64,000 bases of DNA from Flectonema sp. DT1601 (GCA_964019425.1 OZ025786.1:930001-994000), one strand, 5' to 3'. Positions 22,987 through 34,485 are shown, counted from the stretch's first letter. The notes: generated by a model from the letters alone, not told the origin. Numbers and translations: made by a program.

Positions 22987-23650
22987 GGTGAAAAAATAAA
23001 TAAAACAACTTATACAGGATTAGGTGATAATGACAACATAACAGTCAATCTATAAGGGAGAAATAAGAGTTAAACACAGGCATCACAGTATTTTTACTAA
23101 AAGAAAGAAATAAAAAAAACATACTTCGGAATAGCCCTGGCCAACGGCTTCGTAGGATCCACAGACACTACTATTCTTTTCTTACCCCCGACTAAGATGC
23201 CAGAATCAGCCATCAGCTGAATGATCATTTTATTTGATCTACCAAATACTCTGAAAGGAAATTAAAACTAAAATCAATTCCAGACAGATAAGAAAAACAA
23301 CACCCTCATGCAGGGTATTAATAGACATCTGTGGGTATAGAAACAGACTCAACGTTAAAAGAGTTGTGACTGAAGTATTCTAGTTAGTATTATCAGTCAA
23401 TCAAAAAAAAAGCAAAATTTCGTAGGACAACAAACAAGTTGGTTTCGGGCTAAGATTAAAACAATCTTTCTTCGGATTATTCCCCTTACCCAGCCCTCTT
23501 CAGCGAAGAAAGCAAGGGGGACACTGCGGTGTCAGGCTTAAAAGAGTTAGTTAATATCATTAATTTTAGAACAGAAAAGTGAGAATAAGAAAAGTAGAGA
23601 TTAGTAAAAGAAAAGTAGTCATTTCTGCAGTTTCCTAACATCGAAGGGTA

Positions 23651-23740
23651 ATAGAATATGTAGTTTCAGGAGCCTTAATCTTATACTACTTGTCCCTTTT
23701 TAGGCCTTCATCAGTAAGTTCTAAGGGACTTCATTCTATG
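23651..23740 (-). ncRNA. Hammerhead-ribozyme-like motif in the Penelope 3' region
   Basis: Minus strand reads ATAGAATGAAGTC...CTGATGA-AGGCCT...AGGCTCCT-GAAAC-TACATATTCTAT. The core and stems II and III are recognisable, but stem I is poor. Confidence 0.4.
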
Positions 23741-23879
23741 TTGAAGTTGCTATCGTTCAAAGATAAAAATCCATCGGAGCTCGCCAGGATAGGGCTAGCA
23801 ATGTTTATTTGCTTTTGCTCAATTTGAATTTTTGACGTCTGGTCGTTTCACTATTACAGTCGAGTTATTAGATAAGTCG

Positions 23880-25108
23880 TCATCCAATTTTCGTTTCACC
23901 TTGTCTTCGCATACCATCAAAGGTCCTATTCGCAGGTGTCATTGTAACATCCATATCAGTCTGAGCTTTTAATGGTATCATATGGAAACTATACTCTGTA
24001 GTTCGGTACATCTTGTCAAAATGATCGAAAGGGAGTCTTAAATCTTTTGTGCCTTTAAGAATGTCCCGGGTGATCATGGACTCAAATGAGACTAGCGCAA
24101 CGATAAAGTGAGTCATCCTTGTTTTCGCTTTATGCAGAATAAGTGCTGCGGCTGCTTCAGGATAATCGAAATCTGCTGGGTTAACGAAGTATTCGATTCT
24201 CCTGTTGAATTTAGTCAAGCAAGCCATGTTAAGTACTTGTAGCGAGAACCAACCATCTGGTGATGGTTTATGCTCTGAGTTGTTCGGTTCTACTTTAAGA
24301 GATTTTTCATAAAATCGTTGTTGGTAGTTTTGCAGAAAACTGAAGTTAATTCTATCAATATATAAATGATCTGCAATGAAGTTGAGCGATGCCCATCCGC
24401 ATTCTCCACCGAGTAGATCTTATCCTGATGTTTGATGTAGGGATGATGGAAATCGTTTATCCAAGGAATGGCTTGTAGAGCCTGTGTGGTTAATTGTATC
24501 CTTTTCGATGCTTAATGGGACTTTGTGACTAAACTTCTCAAAAGTAAAGTTGATACGTCGACGCATTGCAGCTGCGGTATTACCATCATCAATGTGAGAG
24601 CTAATGAAGCGGAGGCATGCTGCTCTGATATTGTCAGATTTATAGCTCCGGTTGAGTAATCTATATGTTACCGCTTCAAGTTCCTGTAAAAAATCTGCCT
24701 GGTTGTTGCAGATTTTTAGAGCTCGTAAGATCACGGTGGTAAAGATACCTGAACCCATTGATTCTTGAGCTGCAGAATGCTGATGAGTAAACCTTGTTGG
24801 CGTAATATGCCAACCCCTGGCTTTGTCGTTAACACTTAAACGAATCCATCGTTTATTTGTGTTAGTGATCTCTATTCGGATACGAATTCCTATATAAGAG
24901 ACATCATCGATATTATTTGAAGTATCAGTGTAATCCATTGAGTATAGACTTGCTGGTGGAGGGTCGCAACTCCAGGTGAGGAAGTCGTCGATGTATCTAC
25001 ACGAGTGGTCATGTTGCCGAGCTAAGTCTAGATTTTTTGCTTCAATTAAAGAATCGATATATGCGGATTCAACTCTATAGCAGTAGAGATTTGCTATATC
25101 GCTACTGG
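23880..25108 (-). pseudogene. Penelope RT C-terminal half plus Josephin-like domain; in-frame TAA at 24420-24422
   Basis: ORFs 24420-25121 and 23880-24227 share a frame and are separated by one stop. The intervening translation includes ECGWASLN...DGWFSLQVLNMA. Confidence 0.7.
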
Positions 25109-25593
25109 CATACTTGTGCAAAAAGCTAAAAGCTAAAGCTAAGCTTTTTGGAGCTAAAGCTAAGCTATCTAGCTTTTTTTAGCTTTTTTTTTGAAAAAAA
25201 TTTTTTTTTAAATTTTGGCATGTTTCTGTACTTTTTTGATATTTTTTTTGGTTTTGTGAGGAAAAAAAGTGTGGAAAAAAAAAAAAATCACCAATTATAA
25301 TATTTCCAGTATCCACCACTACAGGTTTTTGTGTGTTTTTTGGCTCATTTAAGCTGTTAAGTGACGTGATTTTTCGATATTTGCGCAACCTGGTATCTAC
25401 AAAGATAACATTTCATAATTCAACTATGTGTACTGTTGGGAGAGAAATATGTTTTTTTTTTTATATGACAGGCAAATTATTACTTATTACAATCAACACT
25501 GAGTATGATTTTTCGCTATACTTGCCTTAACACACATTTTCCCTACCTGGATTAAAAAAATGTCACTAAAAGGAGGAGATATCCATAAATTCA

Positions 25594-28394
25594 CTAAATA
25601 ATTATACCACAGAAGTAGTAAAATACAGGAAACAGGCGTTGTTTCCCCTTGCGTTTCAGCAGGAGATCTTCAAGTCTCACTGCCCGAACCCAGCAGTCGT
25701 ACACTGTGTTCCATCGGGTACTGCCTATGCATTTAAGTTGCAGAGGGCTTCCCTTTCGACCCTTCTGCACCTCAAGGAACAACTCCTTCCTTTTGGGGGT
25801 TGCCATCTCCTCTGTCAGATCCTTCACCTTATTGTATGCCGTTGAGAGGAGGGGGATACCATTGATGAGATCCTTCATTAACAGCTGCAATGAATGTGCT
25901 GCACATCTGATAGTGAGGAGCTTCTCCTTCCCTGCAGCCTGAAGCATCTGCTCTAGAGCATCTGCGTCAATGCCCTCTGGGTCTTCTTCTCCTGCACTTT
26001 CACAAGATGCTGCACTGTCATTGTCAGTGTCTTCTTCAAGACTCTCCATCTCTGTGATGGTTTATTAAATCTTAGTTTGTAAAATGTTGGGCAGCAGGTA
26101 ATGTTTGCTTTTTTAGATACATACTAACTGGAAGTGCTGCTTCCTTCAGGGCATTCTGCATGCTCTTTGCATTGTCAGCACAGAAGGCAAGTGGAACAAC
26201 ATTAGCTTCAAGTAGCTCAGTAGTGATGCTTCGAAGTACCTTCAAGGCATCTGCAGCAGAAAAGCTAGTAACTACTACACTTCTAAAAAACAGGGCCATA
26301 TGGCCATTGTGAATACTGAAGTTCAGCACTCGTCGCTTTCCAGGTAGTGTCGCCCCATCAAACATAATTGTAACATCATCGCCTTCAAACCGCTTAAGCA
26401 ACTTCTGACGGCAGGTATTCCCAAGCTTCTCAATGTGGGCAAGCAGACTCCTTCGCGTAACACCTGCAGGTGCAGACGTAATGCCAGTGAAAGTTGGATC
26501 TTCAACCACTTGCAGGGCTATCTTATTTTGGCAGAAGAACACAGCTATTTTGTCCATCATGCTCTGTTGGTGTGAGACATTGTACAAACACTTGATGTTT
26601 CTAAAGAAATTCAATGGTTTACATACCAAGTCTTTTAAAACACACAGATCAGTGGTGGAAGTGCCATGTGTTACCCCCAACTCCTTAGGCTTCCCGCTTC
26701 CTGGGAGGTTGTGATGACAACGCAAGTGTGCCCGCAGGTTACTTGTTCCAGCGTTTTTCTTCCCTGAGCCTCCATTCTTCATCCTAATCTCACCGCAAAT
26801 GTTGCACTTGCCCCTATCCCCATTATCAACAAACCAACCACCCTCACCAAAGAGTGGTCGGTCAGCCTGTGTTGTCCCAACCTCCAATCCCCCCTCCTTA
26901 GCTTCCTGTGGAATTGGCGCAGCTGGTATCTTGGGAAGTACTTCAGGCATGCTCTCCTTCGGCTTACTATCAAGGATATTGCGAATCCTCTCCTCCTTTG
27001 CATTCCACACCTCAGTTGCATCTCTGCACTTCTGTTCTGCATCATCTACCTCTGCTTTTAGTCGCTTCACTTCATTTTCCATCTCCCCATGTTCGGATTC
27101 AAGTAACCGCTTCTCGTTCTCAATCTCTAGAACCCTTGTTTCTAACTCTGTAACTTTCTCTGAGCTGCCTGTCTGCAACACATTTGCTAGAGTTGCGTGT
27201 GTAATTTGTGCTACCTGCAGTTGAATCCCTTCCGCTAGGGAAGAATGTTGTTTCTTTAGGGCACTGCACTCATCTTGCAAGCTAAGTAATTCCTTCTCAG
27301 CAGCAGTGTTTGACTCCTGCAGTTTCTGCGTTACTGCTTCATGCTCTTCCTGCAGCAGCAACTGCTCTTCATGCATTGCATCCTGGAATGCCTGGAACTC
27401 AGAGTCCCTGTAGCTTTGTTGGGCTACAAGATGGTGTTCTTGCAACTTTTCCACTGCAGTTATACCATCGTCAGTAGAAATGTTACTGAATGATGACTGC
27501 TCCTTTTGCCAGTTTCCAACTAAGTTTTCTACATCCCCACTACCTCTGGGCAGCAAGAAGGAAAGCAGTTTAGTACTTCTGGGTGTTTGGCATCACCCCC
27601 CATAGTGAGCAAGTACAACAGGTAGCATTGGTAGTCTGTTGATCCTGAGTGATCCCAGCTACAGTTTTGTTTTTCTTTCTTTTTTTTAGAAGAAGATCAG
27701 GACATCCAAGCACTGCTGGATAGTTGCTGAATGCAGGGCCTGCCTGTGGCATTATAATAACAGGCTAAGTCATTTGTAGTTCATAGTTTACCTTTGATTT
27801 TATAACTTCACACAGGGTACTATGAACGATGAGAGATCCAGTGGGATCACTCAGGGTCTAGTAGAGACCACCAATGTTGTGCGTTGATAGGCAAGGTGAC
27901 CAACCTTGACATTCTTTCTTTTCTCTCCTGTTGTGACAAACACAAAATACACACACAGCTTACAGCGTGTTCTTTGTGTATGTTTTCTTCAGGTGTGAGT
28001 AGTTTTTTTGTTCTTGCTCTTCAGGGAGGGCCTTAGCCAAAAGCTAACAGTCCAAATCTCACCTGGAAATTCAACTCAGTTTCTTAGCTGAGTGACTAAG
28101 ATGTCGAAAGTGAGAGAGATTCCCCCTGTACACTGTGACTGAATGATAGGGATTTGATGCCAAATCAGCATCAGAGGGTGGAAATCGAAGGATAGTGGCA
28201 GGATCTTGGCGATACATGATACCAACATGCCTGTTATCACCTGATCCTCGGGCTACTTGCACATAGCCTCTCCATTCCACTATCTTCTTCGCTGCCTCTT
28301 TCTTGAATCGCAGAACGATTCGATCATCGACTTGCAAGTCACATGCAAGTTGCTGCAGCTCAGCAGCCTCAAGTGGAGTTTCAAGAGCATTCAT
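25594..28394 (-). pseudogene. hAT transposase with N-terminal extension; introns 27546-28062 and 26052-26124; C-terminally truncated
   Basis: BED finger (CNIC...HLRCHH), FDGAT, ADNAKSM, RCAAHSLQL and TRWNT motifs. No catalytic Glu or dimerisation domain is seen. In-frame TGA at 28071-28073. Confidence 0.8.
27546..28062 (-). mobile_element. Introner-like mobile intron, copy 1 (517 nt)
   Basis: CCAG|GTGAG...TACTAAAC-polypyrimidine-CCCAG| with CCAG repeated at both ends. Near-identical to 55815-56331. Confidence 0.75.
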
Positions 28395-28986
28395 TGTAGG
28401 AGATGGATCTGAAAGGAGAAAAAAAACACATTGCAACAGGTTAAGTTACTGTAGTTTGACAGGGAACTTTGTAAGACATTTTTTAAGAACCTGGGGGGGG
28501 TAAATTAAGGAGGGGAAATTTGGATTTATGCAGTTTTGACACCTCTTACCTTATATCCTTGCTCTGTTCACAGATTTAGCTGCTAATATACCAAAAGACC
28601 CCAAAAAAACCCAAACAAGACTGGTTACTAGCTTTTTTAATTAAAAAAAATTTTTTTTACTCCCCTTCAAGTAATTTTTTTTTTTTTTTTTTACATTCTG
28701 AGAGAATAATTTTTTTTTCAAAAAATTCAAAAAAAATGCTTTCAGTGCCTACAGTGCCAGTTTCTCAATTTTCCACTGCTTTATTTTCAACAACTTTCCA
28801 TTTTTTTTCTAAAAAAATTCCAAAAAAATACCAAAAATGTCCAAAAATGAGGTATTTTTTGTTTGAAAATTTTTTTTCAAAAAAGCTAAAAAAAAGCTAA
28901 AAAAAGCTAAAAAAAGCTAAATAGCTTTAGCTTAGCTCTAAAAAGCTTAGCTTTAGCTTTAGCTTTTTGCACAAGTATGCTACTGG

Positions 28987-30080
28987 CGTTGCCACCCATT
29001 GGAATGCCTATTATTTGTCTCCAAATATAACCTCTTAATGCAATAAAGGAGGAGTCAATACAGAATTCAAGTAATTTTTGACATTCTGCAAGCGCAAGAG
29101 AAGGGAATCGTGTAGGGTCACTCGATTCAAGACGTAAGATATTTTTGAAACTAAAGGCTTCTTGCAGTGCTTCACTTACTTTAGTTTTAATAGCGTTGTG
29201 TGGTAGGCGGGTGTACATTGTTGTAAAATCAAAAGTCTTAGGGGATAATTTTTTCAAAACCATCAAATTCTGTTTAATCGAACTAGAGACTTCATCATCT
29301 GATTCCACAATCCAGTATCGTTTGAATCGCGAATGCATATCTTTCTCTTTTAATATAGTCATCGCATTTTTAAGGATACTAGAGAGATGTTGGTGCGCAT
29401 ATGTTGTTGCTGTTGCGGGTGCAAGATTATGATCCTTATCGTATTGTCGTTGTTCTGCTGTACTCGTGAAGGATGAGACCCCAGTAATCCATCTCATCCC
29501 GATAGCTGATTTGTGTAATTTAATCATTCCGTATAGGTGTGGGAGTCGATCAGAATGGCGGGCATTGATTGAAATGTTCATGTTCTTGAGGTTGGCTAGT
29601 CGTCTGATGTGATGCGTTCATAAGAATCACTTTGTAGCTGCTCTCGAAGTAAACGCAAATAGTTTAATTTACACATGTAACCAATATCGTGCTGTCCTTT
29701 GTCAACTTTAAGAAATACAAACTGAGATTGAAGATTCTGAAGTTCAGTCCATGCTTTATTTGATAATGGTGAGTCAAGAAAGCTTAAGTTTTTACTTAAT
29801 TTAAGCTGCAATTGTTTAAGAATTGTGTTTTTAAAGATCGATTTAAAGTTATCGCCAACGTTCTTGTATGCGTGAGTTATATATTCAGTAATATCATTTT
29901 CAAGTGATTCTAATGCAGCTGACGGGTGAACTGGGACTCTAAATTTTCGACCTCGTGCGAAGAAGTCTCTTAGTTCTTCTGAGACAGGTAAATCAGTAGC
30001 GAGTCCGCAAGAATGGTCGTTGTATTTTAAACTATTCAGTTCTTGAGTACTGCAATTGCAAGTAGATTGAGTCTTTTTTC
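28987..30080 (-). pseudogene. Penelope RT N-terminal half (frameshift near 29596)
   Basis: ORFs 29596-29811 and 28907-29581 plus the upstream open frame carry PLE motifs. Confidence 0.8.
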
Positions 30081-30191
30081 AAAGTACAGTCAGTAGTTGT
30101 AAGAAACCTCAGCATCCCTGCCATCACCAGTATTTCAACCTACCGCAAGGAGACAAATGGTAAACTATTTATAGCTACCTCGTCAGATGCT

Positions 30192-30644
30192 ATGGAACAG
30201 TACGAACTTAGCAGCACAAAATCTGAACACACCTTAGAGCACTCTCCGAAGATTTCCTCTAATCTACCCCTAACAAAGGATGAGAAAACAATTATTGGGG
30301 ATGCACAGTACCAACGTGATGCTGTTGATGAGGTGGAAGAGGTCGACCACAGCAAGCTCGTAAGGACGCTTCAAAACAAGAGGGAGAGAAAGGATCAGTT
30401 GTTTGTAAAACTCAAGAAAGACTATGAGAATAATAAAAAAATGTCAGTCACTCAAGCAAGTGAAACATGGGAACAAACATCCCCCACAACAATTAAGAAA
30501 AAAAGAAAGAAACGGACCTGTGGGACATGTGGGGCCCCAAATCACGATAGCAGGAATTGTCCTGACGGCAGCTCTTCCGAGAGTTCCACTCAGAGCTCTT
30601 GCGATCAGAATGTGAAACGTCCAAAGGAAACGCAAAAAAAGTAG
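30192..30644 (+). pseudogene. Zinc-knuckle fragment, probably a transposase C-terminus
   Basis: KKKRKKRTCGTCGAPNHDSRNCP (basic stretch plus CCHC), in a mobile-element context. Confidence 0.45.
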
Positions 30645-30687
30645 AACATGGGGTTTCTCTGTAGCCACAAGCAAGCCTGTGTAAGCC

Positions 30688-30857
30688 ACAAGCAAAAAAT
30701 GCAGGATTTTTTTTTTTTTACAAGTATTACAAGTAAAGTGAGATCCCACACCCGGAATTGAATTTTTTGGGGCATGTTTCAGACGGGGTTGGGTCTCGAT
30801 TGAGTTGTACATGCCCGCAGTTTACCGTTGACCAAAACGGTACCAGACTTTTGACAT
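30688..30857 (+). repeat. ~170-bp segment duplicated at 54965-55135
   Basis: acaagcaaaaaatgcagg...ccagacttttgacat is near-identical at both loci. Confidence 0.9.
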
Positions 30858-31039
30858 GTCCTCATATATTTAATAAAAAGAATTGGCTTTAACTTCAACT
30901 ATACAGAAAATAATGATATAACACCGTGATTTTTTTGTTTGTGCACGAAACCGTGAACCGACTTAAACTGATAAAGCTAAAGGAGGTTTACGTGTGCTGC
31001 CAACATTCTTTTTCGTTCTTACAATACTTGTTAAATGCA

Positions 31040-31292
31040 AAAAAAAATTAAAAAAAAGAATAAACAATGTTATCATAGTTTTTTTTATCGATTGACTATG
31101 TCGATTAATTTCTATTTTCCGTCCTGGTCAAGACGCTAAACTGATTGTTTTTTTTTTTTAAAAATTAATAAAAAGAATATAAAAAAAAAAGAATAAACAA
31201 TGTTACCATTGTTTTTTTTTTTTTTTTTTACCGATCGACTTTGTCGACTAATTTCTATTTTCCGTCCTGGTCAAGACGCTAAACTGATTGTT
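31040..31292 (-). repeat. Hairpin satellite A, two units, reverse orientation
   Basis: ccgtcctggtcaagacgctaaactgattg occurs twice. Confidence 0.9.
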
Positions 31293-31838
31293 TTGAAACG
31301 CGTTGTATGGGACTTCAAGTCTACGGACTGGAACTGCTTTGGGACCATGCTCGAAAAGAGAATTAGAAAATCAAGACTCTCCGATGATGCAACTGCGAAT
31401 GCCAAGCTCTTTAACAACATACTGCATGAAGTGGCGGCTAAATTCATTCGTCGACGTCTCCTTTTCAAAGGAAAACGGAGACGAAAGTGGAAGACGTCAA
31501 CTCCTGATTTTACCAAATCGAAGGGTGTCCACCTACGTGATCAACTTGACAAGGGTAACAACTTTGCCTTTGCGTTTAAGAAGATCAAAGAACTGCAGCA
31601 AGATGCTGGTAAAGATATCAGTGTCAACAACATCTCCGACTGCGATCTCCCATCAGCATTCTTGGACCTGTTTGTCTTGAAATCGGAAATATTATCGCTA
31701 GAGGCCCCCGCACTCTCAGAAGGTGATAATGAAATAGATATTTGCTGTGATTTCACAATGGCTGAAATTAAAGCTGCGATTAAGAACCTGAAGACCCGCA
31801 AGGCTGCAGGACCTGATGGACACAATGAGATCTCCTGA
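31293..31838 (+). pseudogene. Fragment of an APE-type non-LTR retrotransposon (Ingi/I/Jockey-like), endonuclease-RT linker
   Basis: WDFKSTDWNCF...FNNILHE...FTMAEIKAAIKNLKTRKAAGPDG (RT domain 0). Confidence 0.75.
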
Positions 31839-32254
31839 GAATTATTAACACTTCCTGGAAGACTTCAAAAGTACCTACCGTACCAGTGGAAATATTTAAT
31901 TTGTTACAAGAAAACAGGTAACCTTACATGAGCATCGGCTCGAACGGCTCTGGCGAAGCGAGTGAACGAGTCTGATTGCTGAGTATTGTATTCTGTTTTC
32001 TTGTTCTTTTTTTTAATTTATTTCAAACAGGGCAACAGGGCCACCTGTTGGTATCTTTTTATTTTTTTTATTTAAAGAAAAAAGCAGGCTAAGTCGCCTG
32101 AGCTGGCATCGCCAGAATATTTAACTTCACATGGCAATGTCAGCTCGTGAAGGGATCCAGTTGGATCAAAGGTTTTCTCCCCCCCACTCTATTTATCGTC
32201 ATTGGTGCGCACCTTTGAACAGGAAGGCCAACACTGACGGAATTTTTTTGTAGG

Positions 32255-32301
32255 GAGTTGGCGATTTCGCAAACTATTTTTGTTGAATTAGAGGTTTTCC
32301 C
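32255..32301 (+). repeat. Orphan Mutator TIR of the same family as 34929-51965
   Basis: Reverse complement of the TIR starting at 34929, followed by tttattttt and satellite A. Confidence 0.85.
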
Positions 32302-33250
32302 TTTATTTTTTAAAGAAAAAAAAACGGAAAATAAAAATTAGTCGACAAAGTCGAACGATAAAAAAAAACAATGATAACATTGTTTATTCTTTTTTTTTTT
32401 TGTTTTTTTTTTATATTCTTTTTTATTAATTTTGAAAAAAAAACAATCAGTTTAGCGTCTTGACCAGGACGGAAAATAGAAAGTAATCGACATAGTCAAT
32501 CGATAAAAAAACAATGATAACATTGTTTATTCTTTTTTTTTTAAATTCTTTTTATTTATTTTTTAAAGAAAAAAAAACGGAAAATAGAAATTAGTCGACA
32601 AAGTCGAACGATAAAAAAACAATGATAACATTGTTTATTCTTTTTTTTTTATTTTTTTATATTTTTTTTAATTAATTTTTAAAAAAAAAAAACACTCAGT
32701 TTAGCGTCTTGACCAGGACGGAAAATAGAAAGTGATCGACATAGTCGATCGATAAGAAAACAATGATAACATTGTTTATTCTTTTTTTTTATTTTAAATT
32801 CTTTTTATTTATTTTTTAAAGAAAAAAAACGGAAAATAGAAATTAGTCGACAAAGTCGAACGATAAAAAAAAACAATGAAAACATTGTTTATTCTTTTTT
32901 TTGTATTTTTTTTATATTCTTTTTTATTAATTTTGAAAAAAAAAAAACAATCAGTTTAGCGTCTTGACCAGGACGGAAAATAGAAAGTGATCGACATAGT
33001 CGATCGATAAAAAAACAATGATAATATTGTTTATTCTTTTTTTTTTTTTTTTTTTTTTAAATTCTTTTTATTTATTTTTTAAAGAAAAAAATGGAAAATA
33101 GAAAATAGTCAACAAAGTCGAACGATAAAAAAAAACAATGATAACATTGTTTATTCTATTTTTTTATTTTTTTTTTTTTCTATTCTTTTTTATTAATTTT
33201 GAAAAAAAAAAACAATCAGTTTAGCGTCTTGACCAGGACGGAAAATAGAA
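32302..33250 (+). repeat. Hairpin satellite A array
   Basis: Alternating long and short units with cagtttagcgtcttgaccaggacgg, gatcgacatagtcgatc and aacaatgataacattgtt. Confidence 0.95.
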
Positions 33251-33463
33251 ACTCATATTGATTTGACCTGCTATCCTCATATCCCCACAATAATATTATA
33301 CCTTTTCATTTTCTCTTTCCTTTTCTGGTCTTTTTTTTTTTTTTTTTCTTTTTTTTCCTTTTTCATACAACGTTTCTTATTTATATTTTATTTATTTTTT
33401 TTTTTTATTTGGGAAAAACTATAATTCCACAAAAAAGTTTCTGAAATGTCCGATCTCAACATG

Positions 33464-33578
33464 AAAGTTTCCGAAATGGACAGCTCCACACAAAAAAGTT
33501 TCCGAAATGGACAGCTCCACACAAAATAGTTTCCGAAATGGACAGCTCCACACACGAAAGTTTCCGAAATGGACAGCT
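33464..33578 (+). repeat. 27-bp subterminal tandem repeats of Mutator-like element 2 (inverse copy at ~56814-56926)
   Basis: agtttccgaaatggacagctccacac repeated about four times at each end, in opposite orientations. Confidence 0.9.
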
Positions 33579-34095
33579 GTTTTTTTTTTTTTTTATAGCT
33601 TACTGCCAGTGCATTTCGGGGTCGCCCAAAGTCATGGGGATTTTTTTTTCTCCCAAAAAAAATTTTTTTTCCTACATAAGGCAAGGCCATCCGACGAGAT
33701 GAGTGAAATACACCGAACCTGTGTGACCTGGGCCTAGGACTGACTGCGCCCCTGGATCGGCATAGCTCGGTATGTGCAGGGCCAGGTATAGGGATGGACG
33801 AATTTCGGGTAGAGACACTTGTCCCGACTTGTCAGCTCATACAACCATGAGAATTCAGAGTGTATTAAAATACTAGAGGTGCATCACAAGCGTCAGATAG
33901 GAGACAAGAATTCGATAGAGTGGGAAGTAACGGACTGGGAGCTTTTGGCTCCTGCCCTATTCCCGATGTAAACTTTCTTTTTATTTTTTTTTTTTTAACA
34001 GGCCCAGAGGGCGACAATGACTGTTGCTGACCAAGGAATAATATTCAAATGAATTTTCGTTTCAAAGAAACGAACAGAATTAAGAGAGAGGCAGA

Positions 34096-34129
<34 letters not shown>

Positions 34130-34450
34130 AAAAAAAAAAAAATATGAAGAGGAAATAATCAAACATGAAAAAAATAAAAAAAAAAATAAAATATAAATAA
34201 AAAACGTTGTATGAAAAAGGAAAAAAAAGAAGAAAAAAAAAAAAGACCAGAAAAGGAAAGAGAAAATGAAAAGGTATAATATTATTGTGGGGATATGAGG
34301 ATAGCAGGGAGATGCTCTTTTTTTTTTTTTTTTTTTACTTATTATTTAAAAAAAAGGAAACAATCAGTTTAGCGTCTCGATCGGGACGGAAAATAGAAAT
34401 TAATCGACATAGTCGATCGATAGAAAAAAAAACAATGATAACATTGTTTA

Positions 34451-34485
<35 letters not shown>

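Larger units (their letters stand above)
25109..28979 (-). mobile_element. hAT DNA transposon
   Basis: TIRs CATACTTGTGCAAAAAGCTAAA... with subterminal AGCT repeats. CTACTGG is duplicated at 25102-25108 and 28980-28986, and a transposase lies inside. Confidence 0.92.
23540..30115 (-). mobile_element. Decayed Penelope-like element (Naiad-like), split by a hAT transposon; outer ends approximate
   Basis: N-terminal TCNC...LRDFFARGRKFR and FVFLKVDK...CK, RT motifs LYGMIKLHK, FDFTTMYT, GIPMGGNAS|SDIANLY and RYIDD, and thumb motif RALKICN. The reading frame is restored when the hAT and one TSD are removed. Confidence 0.8.

Noticed and set aside
27546..28062. Group II intron
   Set aside because: It ends in CAG after a branch-point-like motif and pyrimidine tract, and no domain V is recognisable.
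4449..28073. TGA reassigned to Trp (in-frame TGAs at 4449 and 28071)
   Set aside because: Long genes use TGG with no internal TGA, and TGA ends the cyclase and MuDR ORFs.
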